Shown here: positions 24,633 to 33,178 of the stretch, in pieces | How the letters are laid out: every line of letters begins with the position of its first letter | Position numbering within the stretch: position 1 is the stretch's first letter | NCBI GenBank assembly: GCA_963662615.2 | Contig: CAXXSR010000001.1 | Span: 1,600,001 to 1,664,000, forward strand | Reading direction: 5' to 3' | Source: Dehalococcoidia bacterium | GTDB lineage: Bacteria; Chloroflexota; Dehalococcoidia; Bin125 | DNA length: 64,000 nt | Translations under genes and position numbers: made by a program | Notes under the pieces: model-generated | Told to the model about the DNA's origin: nothing | The model's input: only the letters and a program-made list of their open reading frames with translations | Databases searched by the model: none

Positions 24633-24682
24633 TCGGCGGTCGCGGCGAGCGGCACCGTCGCCACCGAGCAGGCGGCCACTCC

Positions 24683-25543
24683 TCAACTCGGCGTCTGCTC
24701 CAGGAGGAACGTTCGAATCGCCTCGATCGTGCCAGCGAGCTTTGTGTCGCTCCGGCAATCCACGTCCAAGCAGTGGGCCCGGGGCGCATCCGCACAGATC
24801 TTCTCTGCAATGCCGGTAGGGTGGAATTCATCGCTGCCGGGCAGGATCAGGAGCGGGCTGGGACAGGTCCGGACCCAGTCTTCGCTCACGGTCATGTAGG
24901 GAGGGCTGTCCGGCCAGATGCTGTTGGAAAAGGATTGAACGAGGGCGACGTACTCGTCGGCGCTCATGGCTTCAATCATCGTGCGAAACTCATCGTCCAC
25001 AGTGATCCGCCGTGCGAATGGCCCGCCCGGGTTGTTCACGACGAAGAGCGGGTCGTCATGCGCGGAGAGGACGACGGCAATCGTCCCCTTCTCGCGGGCC
25101 AAGTTGATCGTTGGCTCGAACATGGCCGTGAAGACGTCAACGGAGTTGGTCTCGTCAAGGCCCACCGGATCCTGACCCACCGCCGCGCTGATCCGGTCCG
25201 GCGCTTCCCGGATGAGGCGCAGGAAGTAGCAGACCCCGATACACCCTCCCCAGACGTGCGCGGACTCCAGGCCGAGGTCGTCGAGGACGGCCAGTTGATC
25301 AGCAACGGTGAGGTCATAGGAGAAGGTCGTTGGAGCGCTCCAGCTCCCGCCGGCGTGCCGTTGGTCCATGCCAATGACCATGAAATCACGGGCGAATTCA
25401 GCAATGGGGTTGATGACGCTGAATTGCTCCCACGAGGCGATCTCGCTGTTCACGCCCCCGGGCGCGAAGAGCAGCAGCGGATAGCCCCGGCCGAAGGTCT
25501 CGTAGTGGATGAGGGCGCCGTCCGGACGTGTCACATCGGGCAT
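24683..25543 (-). CDS. Alpha/beta hydrolase with Cys at the nucleophile elbow
   Basis: GYPLLLFAPGG, MDQRHAG, WGGCIG, PGSDEFHP. Confidence 0.85.
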   Translation of the reverse strand: MPDVTRPDGALIHYETFGRGYPLLLFAPGGVNSEIASWEQFSVINPIAEFARDFMVIGMDQRHAGGSWSAPTTFSYDLTVADQLAVLDDLGLESAHVWGGCIGVCYFLRLIREAPDRISAAVGQDPVGLDETNSVDVFTAMFEPTINLAREKGTIAVVLSAHDDPLFVVNNPGGPFARRITVDDEFRTMIEAMSADEYVALVQSFSNSIWPDSPPYMTVSEDWVRTCPSPLLILPGSDEFHPTGIAEKICADAPRAHCLDVDCRSDTKLAGTIEAIRTFLLEQTPS

Positions 25544-25585
25544 GGTCCTCCTCTTTCCTCGACTTGAACTCTCACCGCGGCGCGA

Positions 25586-27175
25586 CTAGTGCACGCGCCG
25601 CTCGCGGCCCTCCCAGAACTTCTCGCGCAGTTCGAACTTCTTTAGCTTCCCCGTCGCGGTGCGTGGCAGCGACTGCACAAAGCTCACTTGGGTAGGGCAC
25701 TTAAAGTGCGCGAGGTTCGCGCGGCAGTGAGCGATGATCTCTGCCTCACCGACCGTGGCACCGTCTCGCAGAACAACGAGCGCCAATGGAGTCTCGCCCC
25801 ACTGCTCGGAGGGCACGCCGATCACGGCCGCCTCTCGCACCGCCGGGTGCGTGTACAGGGCATCTTCGACCTCGATAGAGGAGACGTTCTCCCCGCCGGA
25901 GATGATCACGTCCTTGGCGCGATCCACGATGTGGATGTAACCGTCGGCGTTGACGGCAGCCAGGTCACCGGTATGGAACCAGCCGTCCCGTATGGCCTTG
26001 GCGGTCTCCTCAGGCTGGTCCCAGTAACCGCGAAAGACGACGTTGGAGCGCGTGACGATCTCGCCGACGCTGGCGGCGTCCCAGGGCACATCGGCGCCGG
26101 TGGAATCGACGACGCGGACCTCCGTGCCCACTACCTCATGGCCGGCGGCCGCCTTGGTCTGGAAGTAGCGCTCGCCCTCCAAACCCAGGTGCGGTTTGAC
26201 CTCGGCCACCGTGAGGAAGGGGGCGGTCTCGGTGAGCCCGTAGGCCTGCATGAACTCCCAGCCGAGTTCGGTTTCCAGCCGCTCAATGAACTGCTGCGGG
26301 GGCGGCGCGCCCGCGATCACGAAGCGGGGCCGGGTGGTGATGGTGTGCCTGTCCTTGTCCGGGTACTCCAGGATCGCGGCCAGGACCGCCGGGGCCATGC
26401 AGGCGAAGGTGATCTTTTCCTGCTCGATCAAGCGGTAGATCTCGGCCGCGTCCACCTTGCGCAGGACGACGTGCGTGGCGCCCATCGCGGTGAGCGCGTA
26501 GACGCCGCCCCAGCCGTTGGCGTGGAACATGGGGAGCGTCCAGAGTTCGCGGTCGTCCTGGGTCACTCGGAGATGGGCGATGAAGTTGTAGGCGTTGATG
26601 TAGGCGTTGCGGTGCGTGATCATCACGCCCTTGGGGCGCGCCGTAGTGCCGGAGGTGTAGTTGATGCTGAGGAGGTCGCTCTCCGCGAGCCCCGGATCGG
26701 CCGGGACCGTATTGGGCTGCCCCGCCAAGAGGTCCTCAAAATCCCGCCACTGAGATGGAATCGGGGTGTCGCCAGCGCGCGAGACGACGAAGTGTTCCAC
26801 CCGGGGGAGCCGAGCGCGGATGCCGTCGATGACTTCCGTATATTCACCGTCGACGATGAAGAGCCGGGAACCGGAATGGTTCACGATGTAATCGAAGTCG
26901 CCCGCGACCAGGCGGTAGTTGATGGGGACGATCACGGAGCCGAGCAGGGCCGTGCCGTAGAACGTCTCTAAGAAGTGGTGGCTGTTGGGACTGAGAATGG
27001 CGACGCGATCGCCCTTGCCCACCCCGAGGCTCTGGAGCCCGTGAGCGAGCCGGTTGACCCGCCGGCCGAATTCGGCGTAGGTGATGCGCTTGTCCCCGTC
27101 AACCACGGCCTCTTGGCCCGGATACAACTTGACGGCGCGCCGGAGAAAGTCGGAGACGAGTAGAGGGACCTCCAT
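25586..27175 (-). CDS. Acyl-CoA synthetase / long-chain fatty acid-CoA ligase
   Basis: YTSGTTARPKG, YGLTET, WFHTGD, DRAKDVIISGGEN, LPRTATGK. Confidence 0.95.
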   Translation of the reverse strand: MEVPLLVSDFLRRAVKLYPGQEAVVDGDKRITYAEFGRRVNRLAHGLQSLGVGKGDRVAILSPNSHHFLETFYGTALLGSVIVPINYRLVAGDFDYIVNHSGSRLFIVDGEYTEVIDGIRARLPRVEHFVVSRAGDTPIPSQWRDFEDLLAGQPNTVPADPGLAESDLLSINYTSGTTARPKGVMITHRNAYINAYNFIAHLRVTQDDRELWTLPMFHANGWGGVYALTAMGATHVVLRKVDAAEIYRLIEQEKITFACMAPAVLAAILEYPDKDRHTITTRPRFVIAGAPPPQQFIERLETELGWEFMQAYGLTETAPFLTVAEVKPHLGLEGERYFQTKAAAGHEVVGTEVRVVDSTGADVPWDAASVGEIVTRSNVVFRGYWDQPEETAKAIRDGWFHTGDLAAVNADGYIHIVDRAKDVIISGGENVSSIEVEDALYTHPAVREAAVIGVPSEQWGETPLALVVLRDGATVGEAEIIAHCRANLAHFKCPTQVSFVQSLPRTATGKLKKFELREKFWEGRERRVH

Positions 27176-27240
27176 CAGAGCCGCTCCTTCACAGCGGGAA
27201 TGGTTGGCGCATGATAGCGGAGCGGTTGAAGGGGTGGGGG

Positions 27241-27340
27241 CTCCGTTGCCGGGGGAGGGGCTCCGTTGCCGGGGGAGGGGCTCCGTTGCCGGGGGAGGGG
27301 CTCCGTTGCCGGGGGAGGGGCTACGTTGTCGGGGGAGGGG
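27241..27340. repeat. G-rich 20-bp tandem repeat (CTCCGTTGCCGGGGGAGGGG x4 plus one degenerate copy)
   Basis: Four perfect units at 27241-27320; the fifth (CTACGTTGTCGGGGGAGGGG) is the 3' end of the upstream gene. Confidence 0.97.
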
Positions 27341-27809
27341 ACGGGCCAACACCGCCCAAGCGCTCGGCCAGCTCCACTGCCTCCTGCGCGATGTCAACAC
27401 GGACAACGGGCTCCGCGCCCGTGAGGTCGCGGAGCGGCCACGTCCCGAGGCCGATCACGGGCTTGCCGAATTGCAGCGCGAAGGCGATCTCGCTGAGGGT
27501 GCCGTATGAGCCCGCGATGGCGATCATCGCCGAGCCGGCCAGTGCCACGATCACGTTGCGGGCGACGCCGAGGCCGGTGGGGATAGCGAACTCCACATAT
27601 GGATTGGCGTGGGAGGGATCGGTACCGGGGAGGACGCCGATGGTGTGGCCGCCTTCGGTGCGGGCGCCGCGGCAGGCCGCCTCCATGACGCCCGTGAGAC
27701 CGCCACAGACGACGGTGTGCCCGCGGCGGGCGATCTCGCCGCCGACGGCCTCGGCGCTGGCGAGCGTCTGCGGCGACGCTTCGCGCGTGCCCACTACGCT
27801 GATAAGCAT
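27321..27809 (-). CDS. TIGR00725-family SLOG/LOG-like protein
   Basis: VCGGLTGVMEAAC, IGVLPG, TGLGVARN, GSYGTLSEIA. Confidence 0.92.
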   Translation of the reverse strand: MLISVVGTREASPQTLASAEAVGGEIARRGHTVVCGGLTGVMEAACRGARTEGGHTIGVLPGTDPSHANPYVEFAIPTGLGVARNVIVALAGSAMIAIAGSYGTLSEIAFALQFGKPVIGLGTWPLRDLTGAEPVVRVDIAQEAVELAERLGGVGPSPPPTT

Positions 27810-27967
27810 CGCTCCATGCTAGCGCGCCACCTTGTCCGGTGACGCTGGGGGGTAGTGGGTCAGTTTGCGGCGCGGGCAGTCAGCAGCCGCCGTCACGATG
27901 GGGGATGCGCGTTTCAGAGGCGGAAGCGACGGCAGCTTGAGAGCGGCAAGCCGGCGCGACGTCGCTC

Positions 27968-28729
27968 CTACAGTCGCTGCTCTTCAATGCCGGGCATGAT
28001 CCAGAAAGAGAGGGGCGGATCTGTGAACTCCAGCCCCTGCTGATCCGGCGTCAAGTGCACGAGAGTGAGCTGGAACGGCGTCAAGTAGTTGACCTCGCCG
28101 TCTGCAAGGCGGAAGGGGCGATCATGGCCCGGATAGAAGAGATCGGCGGCCGCGACCACCTTGCGGAGGCTGTCACGGGCTTCCTGCTCGTTCCAGAAGA
28201 TGAGGCGGGGGCGCCCCTGGAGCACCGCCGCGCCCGAGTGCAAGGCGTCACCCCCAACCGCCGCCGTCCCCTCAGCGGTCTCCACCAGCAGTCCCATGCT
28301 TCCCGGCGAGTGGCCGGGCAGATCGATGACGCGGACGCCTTTGGCAATCTCGTCACCTTCGACCACCTCCTGGATGCGCGCCGTCTCAATGGCGGCGCCG
28401 GTCCACTGCGGCGTGCCGAAGTCGTTGCGGTGCGGCCGCTGCGCATACTTGCGCTCCTTGGGATGGAGCAGCATGGGCGCGTTGGGGAAGAGATCGAAGT
28501 TCTGGACGTGGTCGTAATGGGCGTGCGTCATGAAGACTAGATCGACGTCCTGAGGGGTCAGGTCGCGCTTCTGGAGCGCCTCCGCCAGCGCCACCCGTCG
28601 CCCGCCGTGCCCGGTGTCCACGAGAATGCGGCGGCCCTCCGACTCGACCAAGACGACGGAGCAGAAGGCGACCAGGCCGCTGTCGGTAGCGAACGAGTAT
28701 CCGGGCAGCAAGATATCGACGTTCGGCAC
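27968..28729 (-). CDS. MBL-fold metallohydrolase (AHL-lactonase-like)
   Basis: LVDTG, THAHYDH, PGHSPG, GGDA, YPGHD. Confidence 0.92.
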   Translation of the reverse strand: MPNVDILLPGYSFATDSGLVAFCSVVLVESEGRRILVDTGHGGRRVALAEALQKRDLTPQDVDLVFMTHAHYDHVQNFDLFPNAPMLLHPKERKYAQRPHRNDFGTPQWTGAAIETARIQEVVEGDEIAKGVRVIDLPGHSPGSMGLLVETAEGTAAVGGDALHSGAAVLQGRPRLIFWNEQEARDSLRKVVAAADLFYPGHDRPFRLADGEVNYLTPFQLTLVHLTPDQQGLEFTDPPLSFWIMPGIEEQRL

Positions 28730-28735
28730 GTTCCT

Positions 28736-28763
28736 CTCTCCTCAGACTGCTCTCCTCAGACTG
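28736..28763. repeat. 14-bp tandem duplication containing the RBS of the MBL gene
   Basis: CTCTCCTCAGACTG x2 (GAGGAGAG on the - strand). Confidence 0.9.
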
Positions 28764-28796
28764 CCGCCGCCCGCCCCGAATTGGAAAGGGCAGCGC

Positions 28797-29588
28797 TCAC
28801 GACTCCGCCATGAAGGCGGTGACGGCGGCGGCCAGCGCCTCGGCCTGTTCCATCTCTACGTAGTGGCCCGCCGCCTCGATGATCTGGAGCCGGGCATTCG
28901 GGAGCGCTTCCAGGTATTGCTGTGCGCAGCTGCCGGGGACCACGGCGTCGTCGCCTCCCCAGACCACGAGGGTTGGCACGCGGACCTCAGCCAACAAGGT
29001 GGGCAGAGAGCGGTTGTACATGTACGGCTTCCAGGCGATGCGCGCGGTCATCTCGCGGTTCACATCCCACTGCACCAGCTGATCGACTGACGCCTGCTCC
29101 CCATAGTGGGTGGCGAAATTCTGCTGGTCACGGAAGCCGGCGCGCACAAAGTCTTCATGGGCAAGCAGGAATTGATCCAGGATCTCGCCCTGAGCGGGCG
29201 GCAGCCCCGCGGCGCCAACGAGCACCATGTGGGAGAAGCGGCGCTGGTTCATCGTCGCCATCTCCGCGGCCAACCAGCCGCCGAAACCGAGTCCGACCAA
29301 TCCGATGCGCTGCTGGTCCAGCCGGTCCAGGAGGAAGTGCATCACGACGGCCATATCGCGCACGTTCATCATCCAGTCTGGCCGCGCCACGCCGTCGTAG
29401 CCTGGGAGCGTCGGGACGATCACGTGATGGCGCTGCGCGAGCGTCTCATGGAAAGGAAGCCAGCCGGGATTACCGATGTCATGTGGCAGCACAAGTAGAG
29501 GCGCGCCGTTCCCGCCTTGGAGGACGGGGACCGGGACGCCCGTGACGTGTACCTCCAACTCGCTCCATGTGCGCGGCGTCGTCGTCAC
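28797..29588 (-). CDS. Alpha/beta hydrolase-fold protein lacking the canonical Ser
   Basis: PTLPGY, LVGLGFGGWLAAE, PTLVVWGGDD, AGHYVEME. Confidence 0.88.
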   Translation of the reverse strand: MTTTPRTWSELEVHVTGVPVPVLQGGNGAPLLVLPHDIGNPGWLPFHETLAQRHHVIVPTLPGYDGVARPDWMMNVRDMAVVMHFLLDRLDQQRIGLVGLGFGGWLAAEMATMNQRRFSHMVLVGAAGLPPAQGEILDQFLLAHEDFVRAGFRDQQNFATHYGEQASVDQLVQWDVNREMTARIAWKPYMYNRSLPTLLAEVRVPTLVVWGGDDAVVPGSCAQQYLEALPNARLQIIEAAGHYVEMEQAEALAAAVTAFMAES

Positions 29589-29824
29589 GGCCGTGCCACT
29601 CCTTTTCCATTCTCACTGGGGCCGGGCCCGGCGCATGGTAGCACGGCGATCTCGCCGCGCGCCCTGATCGTGTCGCACGCTAGGGACGGTGACCGTTGCG
29701 CCGCCCGTGGTGCGTGGAAGAATCGCCTGGCGACACGGTTGCCGCTGCTCTATCATCGTCCCCCGGCAGCGACACGACGGGGGAACCATCGCCTGGAAGC
29801 GGGTGAGCGGGAGGGAAAAATCAC

Positions 29825-30295
29825 ATGGCCACGCCGGACGAATTACGCGCCGCGATCGCGGATGCGCGGCAAGAGCTGAAGCAAGCCTTTGTGGCTGCGT
29901 CGGACGGCTGGGAGCGGCAGTCGGCGCAGAGTGAGGATGAGGAGCCCTGGACGGTCCGTCAGACCGCCGAACATGCCGTGGAATCCGAACTCGTCTTCGC
30001 CAACGAGGTCTGCACGTCGTGCGGCTATCCCGGCCCTGAGAACCCCTTCACCCAGTCTCCGCTGACGTTTATCCGCGGCCATCTCCCGGAAGAGATCCAA
30101 CTCGCCAACGCCAGGGGGGCAGAGGACGCGCTTGAGAAGGCCGTCGCCGCCGCCGACGCCAAGATGAAGTACGTCACAGAGACCGATCTTGCAATGAAGA
30201 ATGAGCACTTTGGCACGGTGGGGGAGTTGATGGAGCGGTGGACGCGGCATTTGCAGCGCCACGCAGCGCAGATCCGGTCCGCTGCCCAGGGTTAG
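29825..30295 (+). CDS. DinB-like four-helix-bundle protein
   Basis: WTVRQTAEH ... RHLQRHAAQI pattern; GGAGGG RBS. Confidence 0.7.
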   Translation: MATPDELRAAIADARQELKQAFVAASDGWERQSAQSEDEEPWTVRQTAEHAVESELVFANEVCTSCGYPGPENPFTQSPLTFIRGHLPEEIQLANARGAEDALEKAVAAADAKMKYVTETDLAMKNEHFGTVGELMERWTRHLQRHAAQIRSAAQG

Positions 30296-30306
30296 CGGAC
30301 GCGCCG

Positions 30307-30681
30307 ATGATGACCGCCAAGAGTGTGCCGACAATCGGTGGGAACTCGATCGTGGACGTTGACTTCTCGTCGCGCGCCCTCAGGGGCGCCCTGACGGCGC
30401 TGCTTCTGGCTGGCCTTTTGCTGATGGGGCTCGTGAGCACCGCCGAGGCAGCGGACAGTGCCCCGCCGGCGCACACGGACAAGGTGGTCTTGGAGGAGGG
30501 ACAGTCGATTGCCTCCAACTTCCCCGTCCATCAGGAGGGGCCTGACGACACGGCGCGGGGAGAAGAGGGCGCCAGCCTTCCTGCCGGCGCCTGGGTGGGC
30601 CTTGTCATCGCCTTCGCCATCGCGGGCCTGCTGCTGGTCGTTTCGATGAGCTACGTGTTGCCCGGGCGGCTCAAGCGATAG
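30307..30681 (+). CDS. Hypothetical small membrane/exported protein
   Basis: Hydrophobic N-terminal segment ending in AEA, plus a C-terminal TM helix; start uncertain. Confidence 0.55.
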   Translation: MMTAKSVPTIGGNSIVDVDFSSRALRGALTALLLAGLLLMGLVSTAEAADSAPPAHTDKVVLEEGQSIASNFPVHQEGPDDTARGEEGASLPAGAWVGLVIAFAIAGLLLVVSMSYVLPGRLKR

Positions 30682-30739
30682 CCGAGCTGCCCGGCCCGCA
30701 GTCGCCGAAGTTCAGGCGGCAGCGGCTACACTTCGTGGC

Positions 30740-31249
30740 ATGCCTGCGCGGGGTCAGTCCGTCCGTTACGCCTCACTCGACACTCCGGTTGGGCGCGTTC
30801 TCATCGCCTATCGGGGCGCGACGGTGGTGCGAGTCAGCCGCGCCGATTCGGAGCGAGCGTTCGTGGACGGGCTGGCGACGCGCTACGGCGAGCCTCCCGA
30901 GGCCGATAGGGAAGTGCCCGCGCGCCTGCGCGAGTCGGTGCTGGCCCACATTGAGGGGAAACGCACCTACACCAACATTGACCTCTCCGAGCTGACGCCA
31001 TTTCAGCGCCGGGTGCTGCGCGCCACCGCCGCGGTTCCCTACGGCCAGGTGCGGACGTATGGGGAGATCGCGGAGGCCGTGGGCGCGCCCGCGGCGGCGC
31101 GCGCCGTGGGGTCGGCCCTGGCGCGAAATCCTGCGCCGCTGCTGATCCCCTGCCACCGCGTGGTGCGGGCGGGCGGCGAGCTGGGCAACTACGGGGGCGG
31201 CGGCCCGGAAGAGAAGCGGCGTCTGCTCCGACGCGAAGGCGCTTTGTAG
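30740..31249 (+). CDS. ogt: Methylated-DNA--protein-cysteine methyltransferase
   Basis: TPFQRRV, TYGEIA, AARAVG, NPAPLLIPCHRVV. Confidence 0.95.
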   Translation: MPARGQSVRYASLDTPVGRVLIAYRGATVVRVSRADSERAFVDGLATRYGEPPEADREVPARLRESVLAHIEGKRTYTNIDLSELTPFQRRVLRATAAVPYGQVRTYGEIAEAVGAPAAARAVGSALARNPAPLLIPCHRVVRAGGELGNYGGGGPEEKRRLLRREGAL

Positions 31250-31335
31250 AGGGTGACTGCGCCGGTCACCCCGCGCGCCGTTCCTGATGCGCGATCCCCG
31301 CTGAGGACGGCGCCTGCAGGCCGAGTTGCTCCGCG

Positions 31336-32274
31336 CTAACGAAAGTGCGGCATCACGGTTTCCGCGAAAAGCCGTGCCGGCTCGACGGTGTCGCGCCCGA
31401 AGAACTCGATCATCAGCATCGTGCAGCCCAGGTCGAGGTGGCGGCGAATTCGGTCGCGCACCTGCTCCGGGGTCCCGGTAATCGCGAGCGGCCCGGCGGG
31501 ATCGCCCAGATGGCCGGCGAAGAGGCGTTGGGCTTTATCGACCATGGGGCCCAGCGAGTCGGCGTCGGGCGCGATCGTCACGAGGCACTGCTGAGAGATC
31601 GTGATGGCGGCGGGATCGCGACCGAGGGCGTCGCAATGCTGACGGAGGACGTGAATCTTGTGCTCCAGCGCGGTCTGGTGAACAGCAGGATTGTTCCAGA
31701 TGTCGGCGTATTCCGCGGCGATCCGGAGCGTGCGCCGCTCGCCGGCGCCGCCGATGAGCAGGGGCAGACGGCGTTGGGGCTTGGGCTGGCAGACCAACTC
31801 ATCCACCTGGAAGTAGGTGCCCTGGAACGTGACTGCTTCCAGCTCCGGGTCCCACATCTGCGTGAGCAGTTGGACGCCTTCCCGCAGCTGCCCCAGGCGC
31901 TCAACGGCGCTGAGAAACGGCACCCCAAAATCGGAGAACTCGCGCGCCATCCAGCCCGCGCCGAGGCCGGGAATGATGCGACGGCCGCTGATGTTGTCGA
32001 CGGTCGCGACGACCTTGCCCAAGTGCGCCGGATTGCGCATGCCGATGGGCGTCACCAGGGTGCCGATCTGTACCCGCTCCGTGACGGCCGCCAGCGCCGA
32101 CACCAATGACCACGCCTCCAGGATGGGAACAGCGGGCGACTGCGGTCCGTAGAGGTGGTCGCTGACCCAAAGTGAATCGAAGCCCATGGACTCGAAGGCG
32201 GTGGCGGCGCGCTTGGTCTCCTCCCACGATCGGCGGATCTGGGGGACGGTGACGCCAAAGTGGACAGCGGGCAT
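31336..32274 (-). CDS. LLM-class (probably F420-dependent) oxidoreductase
   Basis: GFDSLWVSDH, LEAWSLVSALA, RNPAHL, GLGAGW, IGGAGERRTL. Confidence 0.92.
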   Translation of the reverse strand: MPAVHFGVTVPQIRRSWEETKRAATAFESMGFDSLWVSDHLYGPQSPAVPILEAWSLVSALAAVTERVQIGTLVTPIGMRNPAHLGKVVATVDNISGRRIIPGLGAGWMAREFSDFGVPFLSAVERLGQLREGVQLLTQMWDPELEAVTFQGTYFQVDELVCQPKPQRRLPLLIGGAGERRTLRIAAEYADIWNNPAVHQTALEHKIHVLRQHCDALGRDPAAITISQQCLVTIAPDADSLGPMVDKAQRLFAGHLGDPAGPLAITGTPEQVRDRIRRHLDLGCTMLMIEFFGRDTVEPARLFAETVMPHFR

Positions 32275-32449
32275 TCCGCGACCTCCAACCGCCTGTCTCC
32301 GCAGGCGCGCAGGCTAACCGGAGGGCGGGGGCGCCCGCCAGCCGCGGCCCACCGCGGGGCCCAGACCGGGGCCCGCGGCTTCCCGGGGGCGGCGGGGGCT
32401 CGGGTGACCCCAGCGTGAGCCTCCTAGCGAGCGGGAGGCCGCGGCCGAT

Positions 32450-32497
32450 CCGCTCAGCGCGTCACGCCAGAGGCCGCTCAGCGCGTCACGCCAGAGG
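32450..32497. repeat. 24-bp tandem duplication (CCGCTCAGCGCGTCACGCCAGAGG x2) in a divergent intergenic region
   Basis: Copies at 32450-32473 and 32474-32497. Confidence 0.92.
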
Positions 32498-32625
32498 GGA
32501 GGGCTGAGTCTATGGCGTGGACGGTCCTCTCACCGCGAGAGAGGTCCCAGCGGCAAAGAGGAGAAAGCGCCCGCCCCCGGAGATTTGCACTCTGGGGTCA
32601 CGGCGGCGCCGAACGGAGAGGCACC

Positions 32626-32853
32626 ATGCTCCGTGAACTTGTCCGAATCAGTTGCATCGCCTGTGGGAGAAGCCTCGGTCATCTGGAGCGGTTGCAGTCA
32701 GCGTTGCGCTTTGTGCCCGCAGCCAAGCTTCCCACCACCGCGCAGCTGGTCCCGGGAGGTGCAACCTCGCCCCACTGCGGTCGCTGCGGCGGCCGGGCGG
32801 TGATTGACCGCGTCGACCGGCTGGTCAGCTACGAGGCCATGCCGATCGGCTGA
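32626..32853 (+). CDS. Small putative zinc-ribbon protein (75 aa)
   Basis: CIAC ... CGRC; GGAGAGG precedes the ATG. Confidence 0.65.
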   Translation: MLRELVRISCIACGRSLGHLERLQSALRFVPAAKLPTTAQLVPGGATSPHCGRCGGRAVIDRVDRLVSYEAMPIG

Positions 32854-32881
32854 CGCCGGGTATCAGACCAGGGGGGGTGCC

Positions 32882-33061
32882 ATGAGCGACATGGAGAAGC
32901 GCCAGGGCGGCAGCGCGCGACCGCACAGCAAGGCGGGCTTCTGCCACTTGTGCGAGCAACCGCTCGACGATCACGAATTTCGCGATTTGAAGACGTTTCA
33001 GTGGCTTGAAGAGCCCCAGTGCGCGCCCAAGACCGCGTACGGCGGGCGCCGGAGCCGCTAG
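32882..33061 (+). CDS. Small putative metal-binding protein (59 aa)
   Basis: CHLC-x6-H...C; purine-rich RBS; directly follows the previous ORF. Confidence 0.6.
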   Translation: MSDMEKRQGGSARPHSKAGFCHLCEQPLDDHEFRDLKTFQWLEEPQCAPKTAYGGRRSR

Positions 33062-33178
33062 CCTTCTCACGAGCTACCTGGCGGGCCTCATCGCGACCCC
33101 CGGCTGATAGCAGCGGATTGCTGCAGCGCTTCCGTCATCTCGATATCGAGGGGCGACAAGAGCAGCGGCGCGGCGCAG

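Noticed and set aside
27241-27340. 20-bp repeats as a CRISPR array
   Set aside because: The units are contiguous with no spacers, and there are no cas genes.
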